Shown piece by piece: positions 1 to 14,928 of a stretch of DNA of 64,000 nt. The position numbers were made by a program, and so were the translations under genes. Positions within the stretch are counted from its first letter, which is position 1. Every line of letters starts with the position of its first letter. The stretch lies in assembly GCF_009914755.1 (NCBI RefSeq), contig NC_060927.1. One strand, written 5' to 3'. The notes under the pieces are model-generated. The model made no database searches. It had not been told where the DNA came from and worked only from the letters and a program-made list of their open reading frames with translations. The DNA comes from the human T2T-CHM13v2.0 reference genome, Homo sapiens.

Positions 1-2984
1 AAGTAAAGCATTTTCCTACTCCAAATGTCCAAAGTTTACTTCCAACAAATCTTATCTAAAACAATTACTAGAGGATGTACTCAATCAAAACAAAAATAAA
101 TTTAAAAGGAAGCTGACAAAGAGTGGCACCAGCAAGATGGTGAATAGGCACCTCCAGGCCCTTGTTTCCGCACAGACACATCAAATAAGCAACACAGAGT
201 GACCAAAATAGCTTTGAGGCAGCTCAGAAACCAGTTAAGATCTGCAGCAACCAAGAGAAAATCCAACCAAGAAAAAGCCACCCTCAAACCAGTAGGGAAT
301 TCCATGGTGTTTCTGCTTGCCCTTGCACCACCCCCTCCTCCACACAGCATGGTGCAGTTGGGAGGAACCACCTAATCCTAGAAAGAAAGAAGGAAAGAAA
401 GGAATAGAACCTGCTGGCTATCCTCTGGCTTGCCTGAGGGCTGCCCAAGTAACTGGTTTCTGTCTGTCTCTCAAAAGCAAATGGAAATGGTGACACAGTT
501 TGGACATTAGGATGAAGGCCACAGAGGTGCCCAACATATTAGAGTTCTCATGGAGGAAATGTAGGCCCATGCGTGCCTGGGGGAAAGAGATTATGGACAG
601 AGGAACACAATAGAATGTCAAGGCCCTGAGAAGAAGCAGAGTTGACATTCTGAGGGATATTAAGACATTTAAAAGCAGCCATGTATATGGGGGAATTGGA
701 GAGAAAAAGCACATCCACAGGCCCTGGGAGATGCATGCCAGAAAACCCCCGAAAAGACCTTAAGCCTTCATGCCAGACTAATTGGTGAAGATTTTTCCCT
801 ACACAGAGCCAGTCTGCAAAGATTTGGAGAGATGGCTGTTTTGCAAATACCTAATTTTTAATAAAAGATGAAAAAGGATACCAAAAAAAGTGAAACACAG
901 TCTAGTCACAGGAACAAAAAAATTGACAGACACTGACCCTAAAGAAAGTCTTTGAGCTTGCAAAGACTTTAAAGCAACTGTCTTAAATATGTTCAGTGAG
1001 CTAAAGGACATATAACTTTAGGAAATTTAAAAAACAGATATGAACAAGATGAAAATATCAACAAAGAAACAGAAATCATAAAAAAAGAACCAAACAGAAA
1101 TACTGGAACTGAAAAACACAATAATTGAATTGAAAAATTCTTTACAGAGGTTCAACAGCAAACTCTAAAAGTCTGAAGAATGAGCAAATTTGAAAACAGG
1201 TCATTTGAATTTATCAAGTCTGAAAGAACAAAAATAAATAAGATTTAAGAAAAGTGAATAAAACTTAATGGAATCACAGAACACTCAATTGTAATACATA
1301 CAATTTGGAATTCCAGAAAGGAAAGAGATAAGTGGGCAGAGAGCTTATTTGAAGAAATGATGGCCAAAAACTTCCCAAATTTGAAAAAAAAAAAAGATAT
1401 GAATATAGAAATGTAAGGTATATGAATTCCAAGTAGGATAAACTCAAAAAGATCAATACTGAGACACATTATAAACAAACTATTTGAAAGTCAAAAACAA
1501 AAAGAGAATCTTCAAAGCCAACAGAGGAAAGAGACTCATAACATACAAAAGATCCTCAATAAAATCATCAGTGGATTTCTCAGCATAAACTTGCAGTCCA
1601 GAGGTAATATTAATATATTTACAGTGCTGGATAAAAACACCTGTCAACTGAGAATTCTGTATCTGGCAAAACTATTTTACACAAATGAGGGAAAAATTAA
1701 GAAATTCCTAAATAAAAGCTAAGGGAGTTCATTATTACTAGATCTGCCCTACAAGAAATGGTAAAGAGAGTCATTCAAGTTGAAATGAAAGAATGCCAGA
1801 CAGGAACTTGAAGCCAAATGAAAATATAATATTCTCCAATAAAGGTAAATGCACAAAAAAGTATTAAAAATTGTATTATTTTAAAATTGGTTTGTAAAAA
1901 ATTTTATAAGCATTTAAAACACAAAAGCATAAAAATATATATTTAATAGGTACACAATATAAAAAGATATACTTTATGAGATCAATAACCAAGTTCAGAG
2001 GCAGAGCTATAAACAGTAGAGTTTTATATGCAATTGAAGTTAAGCTGCTATCAGTTTAAGGTAAATTGTAATAACTTTAGGATGTTGTATGTAATCCTCA
2101 TGGTAACTACAAAGAAAACATTTATAAAATATAAACAAAAAGGAACTAAGAAGGCAATCAAAACATATCACTGCAAAAAAAAACAAAAAAACAAAAAAAC
2201 AAAAAAAAAACACCCCAGAGGAAGGCAATAGGGAAGAAATAAGAGACAAAAAAGCTATTAAGACACAGAAAACAAATAAAATTGCAACGGTAAGTCCTTT
2301 CCTATCAGTAATTACTTTCAATGTAAATGGGTTAAATCCCCCAATCAAAATACAAAAACTAGCAGAATGGATTAAGAACAAAACAAAACAAAAAACAGGA
2401 TTCAACTATATGTTGTCTATAAGAAATTCACTTTAGATTTAAGGACACACAAAGGTTTATTGTGAAAAGATGCTATAAGATATTCCATGCGAAGAGTAGC
2501 AAAAGAGGGCAGAGGTGGCTATGCTAATATGAGACAAAATGGACTTTAAGTCAAAAACCATTGCAAGATACAAAGAAAGACATTATGCAATGATACAAGG
2601 ATGAAATCATTCCAAAGATAGAACAATTACAAATAGTGAAACATGTTTTACCAAACATCAAAGTTCCCAAAATACATGATGCAAACACTGACAGAACTGA
2701 AGAAAGAAACAGAGAGGTGTTCAATAATAGTTGGAGACTTCAATACCACATCATCAATGATGAATACAACAACCAGACAGAAGATCAGTAAGGAAACAGA
2801 CGGTTTGAATAACACTAGGAACTGACTGGACCTAAAAGAAAATATACAAAACACTCCACCGAACAATGGAAGAATACACATTTTTCTCAATGAAATTTGA
2901 ACATGAAACATTCTCCAAGACAGATCGTATATTAGGCCATGAAACCAGTCTTAATATATTTAAGAAGATTAAAATCATACAGAG

Positions 2985-3266
2985 GGCCGGGCGCAGTGGC
3001 TCACGCCTGTAATCCCAGCACTTTGGGAGGCCGAGACGGGTGGATCACGAGGTCAGGAGATCGAGACCATCCTGGATAACACAGTGAAACCCCATCTCTA
3101 CTAAAAATACAAAAAAATTAGCCGGGCGTAGTGGTGGGCGCCTGTAGTCCCAGCTACTCAGGAGGCTGAGGCAGAAGAATGGCGTGAACCCGGGAGGCGG
3201 AGCTTGCAGTGAGCCAAGATGACGCCACTGCACTCCAGCCTGGGCGACAGAGCGAGACTCCATCTC

Positions 3267-3290
<24 letters not shown>
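2985..3290 (+). mobile_element. AluY
   Basis: AluY-type segments gagatcgagaccatcctgg and ggcgtgaacccgggaggcggagcttgc; pure A tail; perfect 14-bp TSD aaaatcatacagag (2971-2984, 3291-3304). Confidence 0.95.
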
Positions 3291-3300
<10 letters not shown>

Positions 3301-4725
3301 AGAGTATATTTTCCAATCACAAGGGAGTAAAACTAGAAATCAATAGAAAGACAACAGAAGTATCTCCAAAAATGTGGAAATCAAGCAACATACACTTGAA
3401 CAACCAGTGGGTCCAAAAAGAAATTCCAAAGTAAATTAGAAAATATCTCAAGACAAATGAAAATGAAAATACAACACATCATAATTTATAGGATGCAGTG
3501 AAAGCAGTTTTAAAGGGAAATTTATAGCTGTAATCAATTCCATTAAAAAAAGAAGACCTCAAATAAACCACCTAAACTTATACCTTAAGAAACTAAGAAA
3601 AGAGCAAACTAAACCTAAAGTTCACAGAAAGAAGGAAATAATAAAGATTATAGCAGGGATAAATAAAATAGAGAACAGAAAAATAACAGAGAAAAATCAA
3701 TGAAACTAAGAATTGATTGGTTCCTCAAAAAAAAAAAAAAATCAATTCAAAAGCCTTTAGCTAAATTGACTAAGAAAAAAAAGAAGTCTCAAAAAACTAT
3801 AATTAAAAATGAAAATGGGACAAAACTACTGATTCTACAGAAATAAAAAGGAATACAAGAAAGGAAATTGTATCCAAACACACTAGGCAGCCTAATTAAA
3901 ATGGATATATTCCTCGAGAAACAATTTACCAGGACTGAATCATGGGAAATACAAAATCTGAATATACTGAAAACTAAGAAAATGAAATCAGTAATTAAAA
4001 TCTCCCAACAAAGAAAACCCAGGACCAGAAGCCTTCACTAGTGAATTCTACCAAACATTTAAAGAAAAATTAACACCAATCCTCCATAAACTGTCCCAAA
4101 GAATTGAAGAGGGAGAAATACTTCCAAATTCATCCTATGAAACAGTGTTACCCTAATACCAAAGCCAGACAAAGACACTAGAAGAAAAACTACAGACCAA
4201 TATCTGCTGGATATTGATGCAAAAATCTTCAAAAAATACTAATAAACTGAATACAACAGTATATTAAAAGGATTATGCACCATGACCAAGTGGGTTTGTT
4301 CCTGGAATACAAGATAGCTCCACATACAAAAATCAATCAATCCATGTTAACAGAATCAATGGGGGGAAAAAAAACCACATGATGAAAAAGCATCTGACAA
4401 AATTCAACACCTTTCTGTGATTAAAAAAAAAACACACCCAACAAACTAGAAATAAAAGGAAACTACCTCAACATAATAAAGGTTATATGTGAAAATCCCA
4501 CAGTAAACATCACTGTTAATGGTGGCAGACAAACTTTTGCTCTAAGATCAGGAACAGGACAAGGATGCCTGCTTTCACTACTTCTTTTTAACACACTACT
4601 AAAAGTTCTGGTCAGAGAAATTAGGCAAGAAATAAAAAAAGTAAAAGGTGTACAAATTAGAAAAGAAGAAGTAAAATTACCTCTGTTTGCAGATAATGTA
4701 ATCTTATATGCTGAAAACTCTAAAG

Positions 4726-4759
<34 letters not shown>

Positions 4760-4979
4760 TTTTTATAATAAATGAATTCAGCAAAGATGAAGGATACAAA
4801 ATCAACAAACAAAAATCAGTTGCGTTTCTATACAATAACAATGAATAATTCAAAAAAGAACTAAGAAACAATACCATTTATAATAGCATCAAAAGGAATA
4901 AAATACTTATGAATTAACTTAACCAAGAAGGCAAAAGACTAGTACACTAAAAACCACAAAGTGTTTCTGAAGAAATTCA

Positions 4980-5391
<412 letters not shown>

Positions 5392-5458
5392 CTACAAATT
5401 TAATACAATCTCATCAAAACCTAAACATTAAAATATTTAAGCAAAAAAACTAAATGCT

Positions 5459-5752
5459 GGCCAGCACAGTGGCTCACACCTGTAATCCCAGCACTTTGGG
5501 AGGCCAAAATGGGCAAATAGCTTGAGCTCAGGAGTTTGAGACCAACCTGGGCAACATGGTGAAACCCTGTCTCTACAAAAAATACAAAAATTAGCTAGGT
5601 GCAGTGGTTCATGCCTGTGGTCCCAGCTACTCAGGAGGCTGAGGTGCGAAGATCACTTGAGCCTGGGAGGCAGAGGTTGCAGTAAGCCAGGTTCATGCCA
5701 CTGCACTCCAGCCTGGGTGACCCTGTCTCAAAACAAACAAACAAACAAACAA
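5459..5752 (+). mobile_element. Alu (AluJ-like)
   Basis: Diverged dimer with an (AAAC)n tail; aactaaatgctg repeated on both flanks. Confidence 0.9.
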
Positions 5753-7394
5753 GAACTAAATGCTGTATTTTGATGAAACAGAAAAATACATTTATAGATT
5801 CCTATGGAATTTAAGGGACCCTGAATAGCCAAAACAATCTCAAGAAAGAACAAGGTTGGAGGTCTCATACTTCATGACTTCGAAACTTATTATAAAGCTA
5901 CAGTAATCTAAATGGTGTGGTATAAAGACAGGCATGGAGATCAATGGAATAAAATATCCTGGAAATAAACCCTTAAATATATGGTCAAATGACAAGGGTG
6001 CCACGGACATTCAATGGGAAAAGGAGAGTCTTCAAAAAAATGGAGCTGGGAAAACGAAATATCCACATGCAAAAGAATGAAGTTGGATGCTTATGTTACA
6101 CCATGTACAAAAATAAACTCTAAATGAATCAAAGACCTAAACAAAAATTCAAACTACAAAAGTCTCAAAAGAAAACATAGGCAAAAAGTTTCAAGGCATT
6201 AGATTTGGCAATGATTTCTTGGATATGATACCAAAAGCACAGGTGACAAAAGCAAAAATAGATGAACTACATGAAAATTAAAAACTTCTGTGCATTAAAG
6301 GACATAAGGCAAAAAGGTATCCTACAGAACTGGAGAAAGTATTTGCAAAGCATATACTGATAAGAGATTAATATTCAGAATATATAAGGAACTACGACTC
6401 AACAACAGAACAACCAAAAAAACTAATTAAAAAATGGGCAAAGGACTTGAATAGACAGTTTTCCAAAGAAGACATACAAACGGCCAATAAGCACATGAAA
6501 AGATGCTCACCATCACTAGTTATTAGAAAAATTTGTATTAATTTTATAAGCTAAAAGAAAGAGAATTGATAACTTTACAACATTGACTTTTGCCATTCAG
6601 GAACTTCTCTCTCCAAATTTTTATTTCTCTTTATAAAGCTTTGTAGTTTATTTGTATAGGTTTTGCCCATTTTGTTTTGAGGATTATTCTGAAACTACTT
6701 AAAAACTGGTTAATAGTTTGAAGGGAATCTCTTTTTAAATTATACCTTATAAACGACTATTTCCAGTGTGTACGGGAGTATATAGAGACATGTTTATGTA
6801 TGTTCATGTATATATTTTATTTCATTTAGATGTTTTGAAACTGGCCTACTTTACCATTTGTTTTACAGTTTTCTAAGTGATTTGCTTAGATTTTCCAAGA
6901 AGGCAAGCATATCACTAATAAAATAAGTTTTTCTCTTCCTTTACAATATTTAAGACTCTTACTTTCTTTTCCTAGTTTATTATACTAGCCAGAATACACA
7001 GAACAACATAAATAAAATATTCTTCTGTTTCAAGTTGCACTAAGAGTATCTTTGTAAGTCACATACGGGAGTTGAAGGCAAAACTAACAGATGGAGATTG
7101 AAGGTAGATCAAAGGGGGCCGGTATGGAGTAGGGGAGTGGGCTGCAACAGCAACAAGAACTTTCCAGGGAGATGGAGATGTTCTGTGTCTCAACTAGGGT
7201 CACAGCTACACAGGTGTATGTATTCGTCAAAAGTCATTGACCTGCACACTTAAACCCTCTGTTTTTATTGTTATCAATTTATACCTTAAGACTGATTTAA
7301 AAAAAAAAACAAAGTAAAACCTTTGAAGGTTCTACTGTTATGATAATGTGTCTGCTCTCCTTTGACAGACTGTTGTAATGAATTACATTAATAT

Positions 7395-7476
7395 GGCCAG
7401 GCGCGGTGGCTCACGCCTGTAATCCCAGCACTTTGGGAGGCCAAGGCGGGTGGATCACGAGGTCGGAAGTTCAAGA
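7395..7476 (+). mobile_element. 3'-truncated, tail-less Alu fragment with TSD
   Basis: First ~80 nt of Alu only, flanked by gaattacattaata (7380-7393, 7475-7488). Confidence 0.9.
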
Positions 7477-7567
7477 ATTACATTAATAGTTCTTTTCTTC
7501 CTCTCATGTTTTACATATTTTAAGAGAATTAAAACACTGAGATACGATCGTTGTAGAGAAGTGTTTA

Positions 7568-7870
<303 letters not shown>

Positions 7871-8083
7871 TGCAGTTAAACACTATGAAACAAACACCTG
7901 AAATGCCTCCATGGCAGAGATTACTATCAACATTTTTTTCCCTCCCAAACACTGACCAAAACAATTGTGCACACACGTATGCATGTGTATACATGAGTTG
8001 TGTGTGCATGTGTGTAGCTGTATCATGTTACCAGCTGCTCAGACATTTCCACATCCCACAAGGCTCCACATGATCTGGCCCCA

Positions 8084-8555
8084 TGTGTTAGTTTCCTCTC
8101 GCTGCTGTAACAAACTTAGTGGCTTAAAACAAAAGAAATCTATCCTCTTATAGTTCTAGAGGACAGGAGTCTGAAATGAGTCTTATGGGGTCAAAATCAA
8201 AACCTCACTCCCTCTGGAAGCTCTAGGGGAGAATCTGTTTCCTTCTCTTTCCCAGCACACAGAGCTCCATCTCTTGGCTCATGGCCCTTCCTCTGTCGTC
8301 AAAGCCAGGAGCACAGTATCTTTCCTCTCTTATGCTGCTTCCACTACATGGCCTTTTTTCCTGTCTGAAACGTCCCTCTGTTCCTCTCTATAAGGACCCC
8401 TGTGGTTACACTGGGTCTATCTGTATAATCCAGGACAATCTCCCATCCCAAGGGGCTTCTCTTAGTCACCTCTGCAAGGGCCTCTTCCCTATAAGTTAAC
8501 ATCCACAGGTTCCAAGACCAGGACCTGGTTATCTCTGGGGCCACTGTTCAGCCAC
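8084..8555 (-). mobile_element. MLT1 (MaLR) LTR
   Basis: tgtgttagtttcct...gctgctgtaacaaacttagtggcttaaaacaa matches the reverse complement of the MLT1 3' end. Confidence 0.8.
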
Positions 8556-9318
8556 TTGCGCCTCACCTATCTCTTCAGCCTCATGTTCGGCAGCCCCCTG
8601 CCCCCACCCCACCTGCCCTCTACTCTATAGCTACGTTGCTGTCCTCTCAGATCCTTGAACACACCACAACCTCCTCTTGCCACAGTCTTTGTCACCTACA
8701 GGATATCACATGGGCATCAGAGAAAGGGAGAAACCATTCTGTGTAGTAGAAGGGAAAAAGCTTCAGTCTCCTGGGATAGCTGGGAAGGTGTGAGAAGAGC
8801 TGGTAAAGCTAGGAACTGTGTTGGTTCAAGAGCCCAGAGAAGACACCTCCAGTGATCAAGCATTCAGGGAGCCATTCTGGGGAGCAGAAGCCACTGAGAA
8901 AGGTTAACCTGGGTGACAAAACCTTCCTGTCTCCTCCATGGAACCCTCCATCAGGTCTGCATTGCTTGTCGTGGCTTCTGTGTGAATGTGTGATGGGGCT
9001 GAGCTCAGGGTCCAGGTGGATGCGGGTGGCAGGGCGGTGTGCAGACTCGGGGCACAAGGCACCCACTGACATTTAGGTCAAAGGAGGAACAGGGGCAAAC
9101 AGGGTTGTGCACATCCCTCAGTCATCCAGTTTGGTAGTGGAAAGCCAAGGCATTGGGCTGGGAGAGGGACAAGGGACAGCATGATGAGGTATCAAAACCC
9201 AGAAATATCCATTGTTTTGGAGAATCCAACCCACCGCCCACAAGCCAGGGGAGACCAGGTGGTAGGGACGCGCCTGCCTCACGTTGTGGCCGCCTCGAAT
9301 GTCCAGGTGTCCACTTAC

Positions 9319-9426
9319 AGCTGTGGAGAGTCTGGATGCCAGTGTCATCTCCAGGTTCCCCTTCAGGCCCACCAGGGGCGGCACCAATGTCAAAAGGTCT
9401 TTCACCTCCACAAACACAGGCCAGTG
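9319..9426 (-). CDS. SLC41A3: SLC41A3 internal coding exon (108 nt, phase 0/0): [36 protein letters not shown]
   Basis: Acceptor tttccctaccag| and donor |gtaagt. Contains the SLC41 MgtE-domain motif [16 protein letters not shown]. Confidence 0.97.
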
Positions 9427-11469
9427 CTGGTAGGGAAACAGTAAGGAGATAAGCCAAACACACACATCAGCAAATCTCTGGAAATTTCTTGAGAGAACCT
9501 TCAGCAAGTCACTTTTCACTCCCTATAAAATGAACAAATAGGACTAAGTACTTTCTTAAATGGCTTTAAACTAAACAGAAATAAATGAAGCTGTGAAAAC
9601 CTTTTAGTGCTGTTAACTGAATCAGTATCAGCGGCCGTAAGCACACTGGGGGCTGGGCCAGGCTGGAGGCCAGCGGGTGGCAGCCATGCTGCATGGGCTC
9701 TGCACCATGGGTTCTCTAGAGGCATGCACAGGTCCCGGATGAGAAAGATGGGAATTTCTCATGAATGGGGAGGCCTAGAAACACCCACAAGACGGCCAGG
9801 CTGAGGAAGGGCCCTGACTCTACCGGGGATCAACAATCTTCACACAGGCCACGCAGGCCCTGCCTCCCTCTGCCCCCAGGTCCAGGGACTGCGTGCCTGC
9901 TGCCACTGAGCACCCTGTGGGGCTCAGGGTTTTTAAAAACAGATAGAATATGCCTCTATCCCATTAAAAGTAGAAAAATCAATAACTTCAAAGACAGATG
10001 AAAGGGATTCATGCTTCAAGGAAAATGGAAGAGAAAACACTTATTGGCAGAGGTGAAAACAATTCTTAACTGTTTAATGTGCAATTAGATGTTCCCCTAA
10101 ATCAGTTTTAATGCCCCACCTGATCCTACTGATTTATTTTGCCTGTCTGGCTGCTGCTGAGATCTTTGACGCCTAACACTAGAAGCTTCTCCTGGTTTTG
10201 GAATTCTAGACCTGGAAACAAATCCCTGCTTCGTCATCAAGGAGAAAGGCGGCCTGGGATCTAGGCCCTGTCCATTCCCTACAAGGCAAGAGCTGTGTAA
10301 AGATGTGCAAATCCACCCAGCCCCTAGGGACTTGGACAGTCATCCATAAGCTGCCCAGCAACAGGCTTGACCAGGCGTGAAGGTGAAGAGATCAGACCAG
10401 AGGCCCTTTAAGACTCCTTTCTGCTCTCAGACCAAGGAAGATGAGCACTGTTTAGTTTCTTCCTGTACCTTATCTACCAGGCTGTGGAATTCAGAATCCA
10501 GTTCCAGCTCTGATGGAGTTCTGAGTTTGCCCTCTCTTAAAACTTGAGAAGAAAACAATGCCACCAGGCAGGGTGTCCTCCCACACCTCACAGTCTCCTG
10601 GTGGCATCTGGCCACAGCTCTGTGCAGCTGTCCTCTCAGCCTGCACACCCTCCACATAGGGTGGGCCTCCGTCCTCAGCAGGGGAACCAAGGCCATCATC
10701 AAGTACTCCCCAGCTGGCCTTTGGGCACCACCACCCACACCCTCCCTAACGTCCTGTGGAGCCCAGCGTGCTCATGGGCACTCTCTCTGTCTATACCCAA
10801 GACCCGGCACCTACCAACCCCAAAGTCACAGCAAACTCCTCCTTTCAGCCTGCGCCACCCAGCAGCCTTCCTCCTGCTCTCTGAGCACTACTACCTCTGA
10901 ACAAGTGCCTGTTCTCACCCATCACCCTCAGTGCTGCAACTCTATGGCTCTCACCGTCTCCCTAAAGGAAGTGGTGGCCTCCTGATGGGTAAGCCCCATC
11001 TGCTGCTCTCCCTGCAGGGTGGCACTGTCCTCCCCTCCACGGATAAAGCACCTGCTGACAGGCACAGCTCTGTACCCTCTCCCCTGGCCTCTGGGCCTCC
11101 ACCCCCAGTCCTTTGCCAACCTCACTATCCACCCCATCTCGGCCCCTCTTCTTCCTCCTGACCATGTTAATACCGATCTTCCTTCCTGCTTTCTTTTCAG
11201 TTCTCCTTTCTCCTCACACCCTCTCCCTTCCGCAGCTCGAGTACCCTTCCACTGTGCACACAGCACTATCTTCCAGCAGACACCCCACCTGCTCCATGCT
11301 CCCGGGGCTTTCAGCAGGAAGCCTGGGCGGAAGACGGCGGGGGAAGCTGAATCCTGATGCATAGTGGTCCCATCCTCCTTGCTAGACGTTGCTATGACTG
11401 GTCAGTGAGACCTGAGAAGTCCTGTCTGGTCACATCGGGTATCACACAACCGTGACGGGACTAAAGTCT

Positions 11470-11835
11470 ATGGACACTGGCTGAACTGTGTCCCCCAAAA
11501 CTCGTATGGTGAAGTCCTCATGCCTAGTACCAAAACATGACTGTATTTGGAGAGACTGTCTTTAATGAGATAATTAAGTTGAAATGCAGTCATGAGGGTG
11601 GGTCCTAGCCCAGTATGCGTGGCATCCTCATTAGAGGAGGAAATTAGGACCTAGACATGCACAGAGGGGAGACCATGTGAAGACACAGGGCCATCTGCAA
11701 AGCTCAAAAACCAACCCTGCCAACACTGTCATCTCAGACTTCCAGCCTCTGGAACTGCGGAAAAAAATCAGTTTCTATTGTTTAAGCTACCTCCTCTGTG
11801 GTATTTTGTGATGGCAGTCCTAGCAAACTAATACA
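11470..11835 (+). mobile_element. MLT1 (MLT1B-like) LTR
   Basis: ggctgaactgtgtcccccaaaactcgtatggtgaagtcct ... tagcaaactaataca. Confidence 0.85.
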
Positions 11836-11879
11836 AATGTAAAGTGAAAAAATACTGGGTGACACTGTTAATCCAGTAA

Positions 11880-12014
11880 CTAACCAATTCTGGCACTGTC
11901 CTATCTCTAGACTTCTTTACAGAGATAATCAGTGTCTTTGTTTTTACCTAACCAATTCTGGCACTGTCCTATCTCTAGACTTCTTTACAGAGATAATCAG
12001 TGTCTTTGTTTTTA
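11880..12014. repeat. Perfect tandem duplication, 67 bp x2 (period 68)
   Basis: 11880-11946 is identical to 11948-12014 (ctaaccaattctggcactgtcc...tgtctttgttttta). Confidence 0.95.
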
Positions 12015-13608
12015 AAGTCCCTTTGAGTTAGGTTTCCTGTTACCTGCAGCCAATAGCAAATACACTGACTGATACCCTGGGCTTGTGTGGGTGCCTCCCA
12101 GTGTCTATGACTCAGAAGTCTCTGTGAGCATCAGATCTGCCCATCCAACTCTGGCTGAACTTTGGACACCCCACAAGCACCTCAAACTCCAAATCTCCAA
12201 ACTTCTCCTTGCCACCCGTGTCCTTCCTGCTCTGCCAGCCAGGACTCAACACCTTCTTTTCCCCAATCTGACATTCAAGTCATCACAACTTTTAAATTCT
12301 GCCACCGCCCTCTCCAGCAACACTGTAAAGATGCCTATATCAGTCATTGGGGAGGCTGAAATCATCAGAAATAATGATTCTTGCACTTGAGGGGCTCTGA
12401 ACTCTGCCCACAGTCCCCCAGCTCTCCCCTGCTCCTCCGGCCTCACCCTCGGGGTCATCTTTGACACCACTGTCTGGGGTGGGTTTTGTGGCACAAATAT
12501 GACCCCATCACTCAGCCACCTGTAACCCTTCACTGCCAACTCCTCTCCTGAGTATACCTAACACATAAGTCCTATGAACCCCAAAGACACACAGGCATAT
12601 GTCAAGAACAGTCAACGCAAACCCACAGCACTGGAGTCAGAGGTGGGGCTGAGATGACTAAGCACAGAGGACTCTGCTGGGGCTCTGCTGAGGATGCCCC
12701 AGGTGGGGCTGCAAAGGCCCCTGTACCTTGAGGTGGTCCATGGAGCTGCACAGTTGTGTGCTCTCCTACGTGTCTATGCTACCCTTCAATAAAACCAGCA
12801 AGACACTCATTTTAACATAAAGCAAACACCTGCTACACTCAGTGCACGGCACACCCTCTGAGCAGAGTAGACAGAGCCCCTCACTCCTGCCCAGTATCAC
12901 TGTCCCCATGACAGCGGCCACCCCTGTCTCTCACTTTCCACAAATGCACACTATCATTCACCTGTATCTTTGCACACAAATCCCTCTGCTTGGAATGTTC
13001 ACGTCTTTTCAGGGCATCCTGGAAATTGCTACATTACCTTTAAAGTCCAAATCAAATTGTCCTGCTCCTCTGCAGATCCCCTGGCCCCTAGGAAGAATGA
13101 CTGCTCCCTCTTCCTTCACAGGCAAACACCTCCTTGTGGCCTCCACTCCCTGCCCAGCCCTCCGGAACGCCTAATAGTCTCTCTCCCCAGCATCAGCAGG
13201 GTGGTCTCAGGGAAGGAGCGACAAGCTCTCAGCACAGCTCTAGGATGAGGCTATTGGGGGAACAAGTGGGTATTCAGGTTGCAAGCCCACAGAAGCACAG
13301 GCTTTCTAATGGGGGGCTGGCCAGGATGCAAAAGGCCACCCCAGCCCCAAAAGGGGATGAGCGTCCCATCAACTGAGACGAGCAAGCAGAAGCCACCTGG
13401 GAGGCATCGTGAGCTCAGATTAGGAGGCTGGGTGGCCTGGTGGGTACAGACTGCCCCTCTCCAACTTGGACCCAGGGGCACAGAAAGACTCTGAGTGGCC
13501 ATTAGGAAGGAGGTGCTGCATACACTCGGGAACATGAAATGCTACTTGGGGTGTCCTCATGGGTTGAAATTTTAAATTTATATTTACAGATTAAAAAGCA
13601 AAACTGCA

Positions 13609-13897
<289 letters not shown>

Positions 13898-14304
13898 AAA
13901 AAGCAAAACTGCATACTATAAACCATATATGTATATGTTTATATGTACATAGAAAATTGTCTTGAAAGGTCCACAGCAGCGGTGATAGAGATGAAGGGAC
14001 AGCCTTCCTCCATTGCTTGGGTGTATTTTCCAATTTTTCTAAACTGACTCTACGAAATGTTTCAGTTGACAGATAGCACAAACCTCTCAATGATTCCAAT
14101 ACGCTGCCCAAACCATGCTAGGGGAGAAACAGACTGTGATAAGCAAATCTCCCTCAGCACACGCCTCCACTGCAGGGAGACCGCCATGGCCCTCCCACCT
14201 GCACCCCCAGGGCTGCAAACCTTGTCCTTTTTTACCAGGGGCCACGCCAGGATGCTGCGGGCTGGGCACACTGCAGCTCTGCCCACAGGGACCACAGCAT
14301 ACAG

Positions 14305-14400
14305 ACTCAGTCATCTGGTCCTCACAATTCTGTGAGGTGAGGGCTTTCATTATCCCCATTTTACAGATGGGGAAATCAAGGCAGAACAGTGTGACTAAAA
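14305..14400 (-). mobile_element. MIR fragment
   Basis: Core attatccccattttacagatggggaaatcaaggc. Confidence 0.75.
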
Positions 14401-14733
14401 ATCCCCTCCACTGGTGAGTGGCAGACTCTGCCTCCTGAGCCCACATACACTGGGAGGAAGGCGGTTTGAGCTCCTTGGGCTGAGGAGGCACATGCAGGCT
14501 AAGGTTCTGACAAACCTCCATCATTCTGCGAATCTCTAATGCTGAGGTCTCAGCGTTGGAGGTCCCTCCTGCCAGCCTCGCTGACACCCGGGACGCCCAA
14601 GCAGCAAGGGCAGGTTGAGGGCTGCCCTCCCACTGTAGAGGCCCCTCATGTCTCCAGCCTGCCCTGTCTGTGGTGCCAGGAGACCCAGTCTGTGTGTCTC
14701 CCACCCCTGATCCCCCAAACACCCAGTACGCAC

Positions 14734-14928
14734 TTGAATGGTGTTCATCACCAGGCCGGCCGTCATCATGCACAAGCCGGACAGCAGAATGGGCACCACG
14801 ACCTGGCACATGATGGTGAAGAAAGATTCAGGCAAGACCCCATGTGGGGACCGGGTAAGCTCACAGCTGAAGCCTCGCAGCTTCTTGCCCTGAAAGCAAA
14901 ACTCCAGATTCAGCTGGGTGACCACCAT
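14734..14928 (-). CDS. SLC41A3: SLC41A3 alternative N-terminal coding exon (65 codons): MVVTQLNLEF...ESFFTIMCQVVVPILLSGLCMMTAGLVMNTIQ
   Basis: Strong-context gccATGG at 14928; phase-0 donor CAA|gtgcgt, in frame with exon 9319-9426; last 32 aa align without gaps to TM1 of the main ATG exon. Confidence 0.82.
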
